Part shown: positions 1-8,216 of the stretch, in pieces
Layout: the number at the start of each line of letters is the position of its first letter
Position numbering within the stretch: the stretch's first letter is position 1
Assembly (NCBI GenBank): GCA_963764165.1
Contig: CAVXRD010000002.1
Span: forward strand, 512,001-576,000
Reading direction: 5' to 3'
Source: an uncultured Verrucomicrobiae bacterium
Lineage (GTDB): Bacteria; Verrucomicrobiota; Verrucomicrobiia; Limisphaerales; Palsa-1400
DNA: 64,000 nt
Position numbers and translations under genes: made by a program
Notes under the pieces: generated by a model
Database searches by the model: none
Seen by the model: only the letters and a program-made list of their open reading frames with translations
What the model was told of the DNA's origin: nothing

Positions 1-1
1 G

Positions 2-940
2 AAAGCCAAAGCGCTGGCCGTTTTCCATCGCGTGGCTGTGGCCGAGGCGAAGATTCACGGGCAAACAGTCGAGGATGTTCATTTTCACGAAGTCGGCGCG
101 GTTGATTCGATTGTTGACATCGTGGGCGCTTGCGTGGCGCTGGAATTTTTCGACCAGCCGCGCGTGCTGGCCTCGGCGGTGGTCGACGGCAACGGATGGA
201 TTGATTGCGCCCACGGGCGCTTTCCCATCCCTGCTCCGGCGACGCTGGAAATTCTTGCTGCGCGCGCTATTCCGATTTCACAGTGCGACGAACCGAACGA
301 GCTCATCACTCCCACAGGCGCGGCGTTGCTGGCGGAATTTGTAGAATCCTTCGGTCCGATGGCGGGGCTTGCGCCGGAGCGCATTGGTTTCGGCGTCGGA
401 GGGCGCGATAACAAAACACGCCCTAACGTCCTCCGCGCCATCTTGGGAAGCAGCGCCTCCACGCCCACCGCGAACGATTGGGAAACCGACACCATCGCCA
501 TCTTGGAAACCAATATCGACGACGGGAATCCCGAATGGCTCGGCCACCTGGTGGAAAAAGTCATGGCCGCGGGGGCGCTGGACGTTTGCCAAACACCGGT
601 GCTGATGAAAAAAAACCGTCCCGGGGTTCTATTGACAATCTTGTGCGAGCCGGAAAAAGCCGATACATTCAGCGAATGGATATTGCGAAACACGAGCGCG
701 TTCGGAGTCCGGCGGACATTGGCCGAACGCCGGAAATTGCGGCGCGAGTTCCGGACGGTGTCAACGCCCTTCGGCGCGGTTGCGATAAAAATCGGCTCGC
801 TCAATGGCGGGATTTTGCAGACCGCGCCGGAGTATGAATCGTGCAAAAAATTGGCGGAGGAAAAAGGCGTGCCGATAAAAACGGTTTATGAAGCTGCGCT
901 CGCCGCGGTCATCGCGGAACGCGGGCCATCCCCAGCATGA
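2..940 (+). CDS. larC: Nickel pincer cofactor nickel-insertion protein LarC (5' partial, runs off window start)
   Basis: HFHEVGAVDSIVDIVG, PAPAT, ELITPTGAA, ETNIDD, MKKNRPG and APEYESC motifs; frame is open from position 2. Confidence 0.92.
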   Translation, partial: KAKALAVFHRVAVAEAKIHGQTVEDVHFHEVGAVDSIVDIVGACVALEFFDQPRVLASAVVDGNGWIDCAHGRFPIPAPATLEILAARAIPISQCDEPNELITPTGAALLAEFVESFGPMAGLAPERIGFGVGGRDNKTRPNVLRAILGSSASTPTANDWETDTIAILETNIDDGNPEWLGHLVEKVMAAGALDVCQTPVLMKKNRPGVLLTILCEPEKADTFSEWILRNTSAFGVRRTLAERRKLRREFRTVSTPFGAVAIKIGSLNGGILQTAPEYESCKKLAEEKGVPIKTVYEAALAAVIAERGPSPA

Positions 941-1662
941 GCCAACCCAGCCCCATCCGAGTGGCGATCGAGCCCTGCCTGGCGGTGGTCATCCCTGTTT
1001 TCAACGAGGCATCCACCATTGCCAACGTCCTCGCCACCGTGGTGAGGCAGCCGCTGGTGAAGGAAATTATTATTGTTGACGATGCCTCCCGCGATAAAAC
1101 ATGGGAAACGCTGCAGGCGCTGCTCGCGCAATACCCCATCATCCGGCTTTTCCAGCACACGTTCAACCAGGGCAAAGGCGCCGCGCTGCGGACGGGCTTC
1201 GCCAAGGTGACCGCGCCGCTGGCCATCGTGCAGGACGCGGATCTTGAATACGACCCCGCCGATTACGCCGCGCTCTGCCGCCCCATTCTCGCGGGCAAGG
1301 CGGATGTGGTGATGGGTTCGCGCTTCGTCGGCACCGGCGAGCATCGCGTGCTCTATTACTGGCATTCAGTGGGAAACCGCTTCCTGACAATGCTCTCCAA
1401 CATGGCGACGGACATCAACCTGACCGACATGGAGACGGGCTACAAAGTGTTCCGCCGCGAGATCATTCAGAACGTGGTCATCGAGGAAAACCGATTCGGA
1501 TTCGAGCCCGAAATCGTCGCCAAGGTGAGCAAGCTGGGAGTGCGCATTTACGAGGTGCCGATTTCCTACCACGGCCGCACTTATGCCGAGGGCAAAAAGA
1601 TCGGCTGGCGCGACGGAATCAGCGCTTTTCGCTGCATTTTCAAATATAATTTCTTAAGGTAG
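937..1662 (+). CDS. Glycosyltransferase family 2 (polyprenol-phosphate mannose synthase-like)
   Basis: VVIPVFNE, IVDDASRD, NQGKGAA, QDADLEYDP and DMETGYK motifs; ATGA overlap with larC. Confidence 0.92.
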   Translation: MSQPSPIRVAIEPCLAVVIPVFNEASTIANVLATVVRQPLVKEIIIVDDASRDKTWETLQALLAQYPIIRLFQHTFNQGKGAALRTGFAKVTAPLAIVQDADLEYDPADYAALCRPILAGKADVVMGSRFVGTGEHRVLYYWHSVGNRFLTMLSNMATDINLTDMETGYKVFRREIIQNVVIEENRFGFEPEIVAKVSKLGVRIYEVPISYHGRTYAEGKKIGWRDGISAFRCIFKYNFLR

Positions 1663-1699
1663 GGACGCCGAGGCGCCAGGGGCCATGGAGTTTTTTTGC

Positions 1700-1728
1700 T
1701 TGCCTCGCTCCGAACCCCTCTCTACGAT
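1700..1728 (+). promoter_or_regulatory. Sigma70-like promoter of tRNA-Val
   Basis: TTGCCT-N17-TACGAT, 13 nt before the tRNA. Confidence 0.55.
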
Positions 1729-1741
1729 GCCGGGCAGTGAG

Positions 1742-1816
1742 GCGCGGTTAGCTCAGTGGTAGAGCATCACCTTGACACGGTGGGGGTCACAGGTTCAAGC
1801 CCTGTATCGCGCACCA
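1742..1816 (+). tRNA. tRNA-Val(GAC)
   Basis: Acceptor stem GCGCGGT/ATCGCGC, anticodon arm TCACC-TTGACAC-GGTGG, GGTTCAAGC T-loop, encoded CCA. Confidence 0.97.
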
Positions 1817-1862
1817 TCGAAAGAGGAGGAAAGTTTTGACATCTTAGAAAGTACAGTTACCT

Positions 1863-2669
1863 TTGAAGAAAGCTATGCTTATGAAGAATTCGCCTGTGCC
1901 CCATAAATTTTCCAGGGCCTTTACGTTGATCGAAATGCTCGTCGTGATCGCGATCATCGGCATCCTCGCCGGAATGCTTCTGCCGGCCCTCGGCAAGGCG
2001 AAAATCAACGCGCAGCGCAAAGTCTGTCAAACCGAAGAAGTCGGTTTGGTCGCCGCCATCGAACAGTATTACTCCACTTACAGCCGGGTGCCCGCTTCCA
2101 CCAATGTCCTGAATTCCCAGCCGACCAATGATTTCGTGTTTGGCACTGTCGCAACCCACGGATCCAGCACGGCGCCGTTCCCGACTGGATTGCCGACTGA
2201 CTTTAGTTCCGGCTCCCCCGCCCCATTGAGTGTTTACACGACTGGCGAAGCGGGTCCCGCCTATCAAAACAACAATTCCGAAGTCATTGCAATTTTGCGC
2301 GACGACCCATTTTACCCGGAACAACAGGCAAATGGCGCCACGACGCAGGGCCATATCTACAACCCGACGTCGCCCGGCCTTTTTTCCGCAAAGACCGTTG
2401 CCACCGTAAACCAGCCCGGCATTTGCTCCACAAACGATGTTCTTTATGATCCATGGGGCGAGCCCTATATGATTTCCCTCGACATTAACGGCGATAATCG
2501 TGTTGTTGATACGACGTTGAGCCAGATGTACTTCGCTCAATACGGAACCAACCTTTACATCCCGGGGCACGCGGTGGTCTGGTCCGCCGGGCCGACGAAG
2601 CAGCTCAATACGAAGCTGGGGGTCAACGCCTCAATCAACAAATACATGGTCACCAGCGGCGGGTTCTAA
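1863..2669 (+). CDS. Prepilin-type N-terminal cleavage/methylation domain protein (pseudopilin-like); true start may be a nearby ATG
   Basis: RAFTLIEMLVVIAIIGILAGMLLPAL motif; DPWGEPY and VWSAGP motifs typical of GspG-like pseudopilins. Confidence 0.85.
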   Translation: MKKAMLMKNSPVPHKFSRAFTLIEMLVVIAIIGILAGMLLPALGKAKINAQRKVCQTEEVGLVAAIEQYYSTYSRVPASTNVLNSQPTNDFVFGTVATHGSSTAPFPTGLPTDFSSGSPAPLSVYTTGEAGPAYQNNNSEVIAILRDDPFYPEQQANGATTQGHIYNPTSPGLFSAKTVATVNQPGICSTNDVLYDPWGEPYMISLDINGDNRVVDTTLSQMYFAQYGTNLYIPGHAVVWSAGPTKQLNTKLGVNASINKYMVTSGGF

Positions 2670-2730
2670 CTGCTGCCGATCTTTCCTCATTGCCTCGCGG
2701 TGGGTTTTAGTGTCCCCTTTGCGGGCAAAC

Positions 2731-3279
2731 ATGGCTGTTAAACTTTCAACGCTGTCCATTTGTCTCGGGCTCGGACTCGCCGCAATCAATTTGATTGGGC
2801 TGCTCTTTCCCGCCCAATTTCGGGAAAATGCGCGAAAATTCCCCCGCTCCATTATGCCGGGTTATCTGATGATGATCGCGGGCACGCTTTGGTTCGTTTG
2901 GAATGTCCGCCACGAATCACTGGCGGATTTTGAAAATCTTAAGCCGCTTCTGTTCACCCTCTTCATCGCCGTCGGGCTGGGAACATGCATTTTTGTGAAG
3001 GATTTTCTGGCCGTGCGAGGATTGGCTGTTTTGCTCCTGCTGCTGGGCAAACTCATGGTGGATTCCGAGCGCTGGGTTGAAACGGATTGGCGCCTGGTCA
3101 TCGCATTTTGGGCATATTTGCTCGTGCTGGCCGGAATGTGGTTCACCATTTCGCCGTGGCGGATGCGCGATGTTGTCAATTGGAACACCGCGACCGAAGG
3201 CCGCACCCGGCTGACCAGTGGCGTTCGGTTTGCCTTCGGCGTGTTTGTGGCAGCGCTCGGTTTTACCGTGTTCAAATAG
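2731..3279 (+). CDS. Hypothetical multi-pass membrane protein
   Basis: About six hydrophobic segments; start ATG 2731 or GTG 2710. Confidence 0.75.
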   Translation: MAVKLSTLSICLGLGLAAINLIGLLFPAQFRENARKFPRSIMPGYLMMIAGTLWFVWNVRHESLADFENLKPLLFTLFIAVGLGTCIFVKDFLAVRGLAVLLLLLGKLMVDSERWVETDWRLVIAFWAYLLVLAGMWFTISPWRMRDVVNWNTATEGRTRLTSGVRFAFGVFVAALGFTVFK

Positions 3280-3311
3280 GCCGCTGCCTTAAAAGGTAGG
3301 GACGCCTCGCC

Positions 3312-4994
3312 GAGACTGTCTCAAAACGTTTTAGTCTGGCCGATCTGGTTATATGGGCACCAATAGGGGCTGTGGAAACGGGTGTCAACTTTTAGTTGTC
3401 AGAGCGTGGCTGGCGTCAGCGATGACGCCAAGCTTCCCTTTCCCTCCTTTTTTAGGCCGCCATCGCCAAATTTCCTTCAACCGCGGCGGTTTTGACTTCC
3501 ATTTTCGGCGTCTGGACCCGGGCCTGCCACTTTTTATAGAGGATTCGCAGGTTCAAGGTGGCGCATAACAAGGCCCATTGGGCTTGCACGGCTTCCAGAC
3601 CCCAAACTGTCCAACGCCGAAAGCCGTCGTGTTGCTTGAGCTGCCCAAACCGGCGTTCGATGATCTCTTTGCGCTTTCCATAAAGCGCGGCGGGTCCTGG
3701 CTCTTGCAGCCGGGCCCGCATGGCTTGCACCAGCGTGGTGTGCGGCCACACTTCGACTTGCCGCCCTTTGGGATCGCGGCTGCAGAGGGCGCGCACGGGA
3801 CAGTCTCGGTGATGGCAGCGGAAGCGCTCAACGGTCTGGCCTTTCTTGGTGGTCTGGCCTTCGTGGTCCAGAAGGCGCTCTTGCGGGCAGGTGACGGTGT
3901 GGGCCGCCTCGTCATAATGAAAATGCTGCGTCGCGTAGGCGTTGTCGTGGGCTGGCTTGCCCTCCGCCGGCGGGGCCAGCACATTCATCTGCTGTTCCAC
4001 GGCCGCTTTCAAGTCGGCCCCGCCCCCATAGCCGGCGTCGGCGGCGGTGAGGGTTGGAATGGCCGCCGGACCGAGGTTTTGCCTCGCTTCTTCAATCATG
4101 GGGACCAGCTGGCCGGCGTCGGTTTCCTGGCGGGTGGCTTGACAGGCGACCATGATGCCCTCCTGGCTGTCGGCCACCGCCTGGGCGTTGTAGGCAAAGC
4201 GGTTGGTGTCGCCGACTTTCATCCGGCGCGCCTCCGGTTCGGCTGGATGGTAATGGTGGCGCCCGTCGGCCTGCAGCTGGGCCAGGCCTTTTTTGATTTC
4301 CTCGCGCAGGGCCTGGCGCTGGGCCAACCCGGCGGGCAGCCGGCAGCCCGGTGCGCTGGAATCCTGGTTCTCCGCCACGACTTTGAGCTCGATTTCCTCC
4401 AAGGCGCCATCCAGCTGGGCCAGGAGCTTCTCCATGTAAACCTTGCTCCAGCCCTGCGGCCCGCTGCAGGCGGCTTGAATCTTGGTGCCGTCCAACGCTT
4501 GCAAGGCAAATCCCACCGCCCCGGTGCGGAGGGCCAGCTGCACGGTTTGCTTGAAAACCTGGCGCAGGGCCTTTTTGTTTCCGTCCCAGAACCGCCAGAG
4601 GCTGTTGTGGTCGGGGGCGTTGAGCCCCGTCAGCCACAGCAGCGAGACATGCTCCGTGCAGGCGGTTTCCAGCTTGCGGGTGGAGCGAATGCGGTGGAAA
4701 TAACCGTAAAGCCAAATCTTGAGCAGGAGGCTGGGGGCATAGGGCGGACGGCCTTCGGCGGCGGCGGGAATGACAAACCCAAGCTGGGGCAGATCCAACT
4801 GGTCGACAAATTCGCGCAGGAAGCGGGCGGGATGGTCGGCGGACACCCAGTCCTCCAGGGCGGGCGGGAGGAGGAACTGCTGTCCGTAATCAGGGGCAAT
4901 CGGTTGAGCCATATTTGTTGAACGGCATTGTCAACTAAAGGCTCACATATTGTCAAATACATTCCTCAAAAAACAGAAGTTTTGAGACAATCTC
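3312..4994 (-). mobile_element. IS1182-family insertion sequence
   Basis: 16-bp terminal inverted repeats GAGACTGTCTCAAAAC (3312-3327) and GTTTTGAGACAATCTC (4979-4994), 15/16 match; 4-bp target duplication CGCC (3308-3311, 4995-4998). Confidence 0.93.
3452..4912 (-). CDS. IS1182-family DDE transposase
   Basis: LLPPALEDWVSADHPAR, GRPPYAP, PDHNSL, DGTKIQA, YNAQ, ADAGY and IERRFGQLK motifs. Confidence 0.93.
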   Translation of the reverse strand: MAQPIAPDYGQQFLLPPALEDWVSADHPARFLREFVDQLDLPQLGFVIPAAAEGRPPYAPSLLLKIWLYGYFHRIRSTRKLETACTEHVSLLWLTGLNAPDHNSLWRFWDGNKKALRQVFKQTVQLALRTGAVGFALQALDGTKIQAACSGPQGWSKVYMEKLLAQLDGALEEIELKVVAENQDSSAPGCRLPAGLAQRQALREEIKKGLAQLQADGRHHYHPAEPEARRMKVGDTNRFAYNAQAVADSQEGIMVACQATRQETDAGQLVPMIEEARQNLGPAAIPTLTAADAGYGGGADLKAAVEQQMNVLAPPAEGKPAHDNAYATQHFHYDEAAHTVTCPQERLLDHEGQTTKKGQTVERFRCHHRDCPVRALCSRDPKGRQVEVWPHTTLVQAMRARLQEPGPAALYGKRKEIIERRFGQLKQHDGFRRWTVWGLEAVQAQWALLCATLNLRILYKKWQARVQTPKMEVKTAAVEGNLAMAA

Positions 4995-5081
4995 CGCCGA
5001 GGCGTCCGTGGGTGAGGCGTTATTCACGCGCAGGCCGGTGAACTAATCCCGCGCAACCGGACGCCTCGGCGAGGCGCTACC
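4995..5081. repeat. GTAG-type REP pair; the left copy is split by the IS and its other half lies at 3295-3311
   Basis: Reconstructed empty site GGTAGGGACGCCTCGCCGAGGCGTCCG plus inverted copy CGGACGCCTCGGCGAGGCGCTACC (5058-5081); homologous intact pair at 41429-41507. Confidence 0.85.
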
Positions 5082-5154
5082 TCAACGCAATCCTTGCGGC
5101 GCATGGGAATTTTTGCAACACTGCCCTCCGACAACTAGAAAGCATCCGACAGCC

Positions 5155-6771
5155 GTGGTCCTTGAATACCTAAATCGAAAATCGCGCACGACCCTGGCTC
5201 TGCTGGGACTCCTCGTGACGATTTTCTTCGGCCAACTGGACTACATCACCGGCCCGGGAACCGCGATGATGGCGTTCTATCTCATCCCGATTTGTTTCGT
5301 CGCGTGGTTCGCCGGACGCTGGCCCGGGATTATCATCGCGGTCCTTTCCAGCTCGATTTATTACCTCGCCAAATTGATGGATCCCGGCGTCATCGACAAT
5401 TCGCTCCAACTTTTCTGGAACGCCGTGCAGCGCCTCAGTGTTTATGCGACACTCGCTGCCCTGACCTCCGAAGTCGCCCGCCGAAAGCAAGTCGAGCAGG
5501 CCCTGCGCCGGTCCCAGGAAGGATTGGAAACGCGCGTGCAGGAGCGCACCCATGAACTCGCCGAAGCCAACGAAGCGCTGCGCCTCGAGGTCATCGAACG
5601 CACGCAGGCGCAGACGGCGCTCAAGTCGCTGAATGAAACGCTGGAGCAGCGCGTCGCGGAACGAAGCGCCGCCGCCGAGCAGCGAGCCAAGGATCTTGCC
5701 AAATCCGAAGATGCCTTCCGACGGCAAACCAACATTCTTCAATCGATTCTCAACAGCATGGGCGACGGCGTCATTGTGGCGGATGCGAGTGGCAAAATTC
5801 TGCTCTACAACCCAGCGGCGGAACGGCTGATGCGCGCCGGCCTCGGCACGGTTGCGCCGGGTGATTCCTTTGAGCAATATCAGACCTATCTATCCGATGC
5901 GCTCACGGCCTTTCCGACCAACGAGCATCCCCTGCTCCGCGCCATGCGCGGCGAAGCCATCGACGGCGCGGAAGTCATTCTCCGCAAAACCGATTCGTCG
6001 GAAGGCTTTTGGCTGACGGCCACCGGCCGCCCGCTCATTGATGAGTACGGCCGTCTGCAAGGCGGTGTCGTCGTTTACACGGATTTGAGCGCGCGCAAGG
6101 CGATGGAGCGCCAGGTGGCGGACATCAGCGATCGCGAACAGCGCCGCATCGGCCAGGATTTGCACGACACGCTCTGCCAGCAATTGGTCAGCATCGCCTA
6201 CGCGTCGGAATTGCTGCGCGAAAAACTGGACCGCCGCCATTTGCCCGAAGCCGCGCAGGCGGGCCACATCAGCGAGATGATCAACGACGGCATCACCCAG
6301 GCGCGCCACCTCGCCCGCGGGCTGTATCCGGTGCGGCTGGAAATGGAAGGCCTGGCCTCGGGATTGGAGGAACTGGCAGAGACGATCCAATTGCACAATA
6401 GTGTCACTTGCCACTTCTCGTGCGAGGAACATATCTTGATCCATGACACAGTCGCTGGGAACAACCTCTATCGCATCGCGCAGGAAGCGGTGAACAACGC
6501 CTTGAAGCATGGCCACTGCAAGAACATATCGATCGGCCTTGGCGCGGTGGATGAGGAAGTCATCTTGACAGTCAAGGACGACGGCAGCGGGTTTCCGGAA
6601 AACATGGAGTCACGGTCCGGGATGGGGCTGCACATCATGAATTATCGGGCAAAAATGATCGGCGCTTCCCTGGATATTCGACGCGGGGCGGGAGGCGGCA
6701 CCATTGTGATTTGCTCGTTCCACAACGAACATCAAAGCGCCGTGCGAAACGACCTCGCGGGCAAGGATTGA
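5155..6771 (+). CDS. Membrane-bound PAS-domain sensor histidine kinase (HisKA_3, NarX/UhpB-like); start uncertain
   Basis: N-terminal TM segments, coiled coil, PAS region, EQRRIGQDLHDTLCQ H-box, QEAVNNALKH N-box, DDGSGF and GMGL G-boxes. Confidence 0.9.
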   Translation: MVLEYLNRKSRTTLALLGLLVTIFFGQLDYITGPGTAMMAFYLIPICFVAWFAGRWPGIIIAVLSSSIYYLAKLMDPGVIDNSLQLFWNAVQRLSVYATLAALTSEVARRKQVEQALRRSQEGLETRVQERTHELAEANEALRLEVIERTQAQTALKSLNETLEQRVAERSAAAEQRAKDLAKSEDAFRRQTNILQSILNSMGDGVIVADASGKILLYNPAAERLMRAGLGTVAPGDSFEQYQTYLSDALTAFPTNEHPLLRAMRGEAIDGAEVILRKTDSSEGFWLTATGRPLIDEYGRLQGGVVVYTDLSARKAMERQVADISDREQRRIGQDLHDTLCQQLVSIAYASELLREKLDRRHLPEAAQAGHISEMINDGITQARHLARGLYPVRLEMEGLASGLEELAETIQLHNSVTCHFSCEEHILIHDTVAGNNLYRIAQEAVNNALKHGHCKNISIGLGAVDEEVILTVKDDGSGFPENMESRSGMGLHIMNYRAKMIGASLDIRRGAGGGTIVICSFHNEHQSAVRNDLAGKD

Positions 6772-6801
6772 CGGGCGTCCGCCCAAAGGAAACCAACTTT
6801 C

Positions 6802-8163
6802 ATGTCTACTCCCGCCCCTTCAGCCATCGCCACCGGCGAAGTCCGGCCAGGTGCCGCCCCTGGCCGCCTGTCGCAATTGCGGGGCATGGATTACTCCGTG
6901 CTCCAGCAGTGCATGCATTGCGGCCTCTGCCTGCCATCTTGTCCCACTTACGACGCCACGAAACTTGAGCGCAATAGTCCGCGCGGGCGGATTGCGCTGA
7001 TGCGGGCCATCGCCGATGGCCGCCTGGAGGCCACGCGCACGTTTGCGGAGGAAATGTATTTCTGCCTGGGCTGCCTCGCTTGCATGACCGCCTGCCCGGC
7101 CGGTGTCAACTACGCGGAGCTTTTTGAGCACGCCCGCGCCGAGGCCGAGGAAAGCCAGGTGCTGAGTTCGCCGAAGCGCAATTTCATCCGCTGGCTGACC
7201 ATCGGCTGGCTGTTCATGGATTTGTCCCGCCTCCGATTTGTCGGAAGCACGATCCGGCTTTACCAGCGGGTGGGATTGCAAAAGCTGCTCCGCTCCTGCG
7301 GCGTTCTGAAACTGCTCCCGCGCCGTTTGCAAGAACTGGAAGCGATGACCCCGACCATCCAGCCCAAATTCTCATCTGCTCTCATTGCTCCCATAACTCC
7401 CCCTGCAGGCCCCAAAAAATACCGCGTCGCCCTGCTGACCGGCTGCGCCCAGGATCTCATGTACAGCGACGTCAACCGCGACACCGCCGAAGTGCTCGCG
7501 CGCAACGGCTGCGAAGTGGTGACGCCACGCGATCAGCAATGCTGCGGCTCGCTCCACGCCCACAATGGCGAACTCGAACTCGCCCGGCAGCTCGCCCGCA
7601 AAAGCATCGACCAATTCCCTCCGGAACAATTCGACGCGATCATCAGCAACGCGGCCGGCTGCGGCTCCCACTTGAAACACTACGGCCCGCTGCTGGCGGG
7701 CGACCCGGTTTATTGCAAACGCGCGGAATTGTGGGACAAGAAACTGAAAGACATTCACCAGTGGCTCGGCGCCATCGGGCTGACCCCACCCAGACCGGGC
7801 GTGGCGGCACAAAGCGTCACCTACCACGAAGCCTGCCATTTGTGCCACGGCCAGAAAATCACCTTGGAACCCCGTCAGCTTTTGCGTTCCATTCCGGGCC
7901 TGAAGCTGACCGAGTTGCCCGAGAGCAATTGGTGTTGCGGCAGCGCCGGAATTTACAACGTCATCCAGCCGGAAATGGCGAATCAGCTTCTGGATCGCAA
8001 GCTCAAGCACATCGTGTCAACAGAAGCGCAGGTGATCGCGACCGGAAATCCCGGCTGCCTCGCGCATATTGCCAACGGCCTGCGCCGGGAGAAAATGAGC
8101 ATCCGCCTTGTCCATCCGATCACGCTCCTGGCGGAAGCCTATCGGGCGGAAGCGCGAGGCTGA
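6802..8163 (+). CDS. glcF: Glycolate oxidase iron-sulfur subunit GlcF-like (4Fe-4S plus two CCG domains)
   Basis: CMHCGLCLPSCPTY, SPRGRI, CLGCLACMTACP, QCCG, WCCGSAGIYN and NPGC motifs. Confidence 0.88.
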   Translation: MSTPAPSAIATGEVRPGAAPGRLSQLRGMDYSVLQQCMHCGLCLPSCPTYDATKLERNSPRGRIALMRAIADGRLEATRTFAEEMYFCLGCLACMTACPAGVNYAELFEHARAEAEESQVLSSPKRNFIRWLTIGWLFMDLSRLRFVGSTIRLYQRVGLQKLLRSCGVLKLLPRRLQELEAMTPTIQPKFSSALIAPITPPAGPKKYRVALLTGCAQDLMYSDVNRDTAEVLARNGCEVVTPRDQQCCGSLHAHNGELELARQLARKSIDQFPPEQFDAIISNAAGCGSHLKHYGPLLAGDPVYCKRAELWDKKLKDIHQWLGAIGLTPPRPGVAAQSVTYHEACHLCHGQKITLEPRQLLRSIPGLKLTELPESNWCCGSAGIYNVIQPEMANQLLDRKLKHIVSTEAQVIATGNPGCLAHIANGLRREKMSIRLVHPITLLAEAYRAEARG

Positions 8164-8216
8164 CAAACCCCTTTTTTCTAGGACCAATAGGACGAATAGG
8201 ACCTATTTCTTTCGGC

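Noticed and set aside
3578..4921. 447-aa ORF antisense to the transposase
   Set aside because: Shadow frame of a high-GC gene; no motifs or independent signals.
8179..8205. 9-bp tandem TAGGAC(C/G)(A/T)A x3 between convergent genes
   Set aside because: Too short to assign a function; similar 9-bp-period low-complexity tracts occur near 11175 and 50740.
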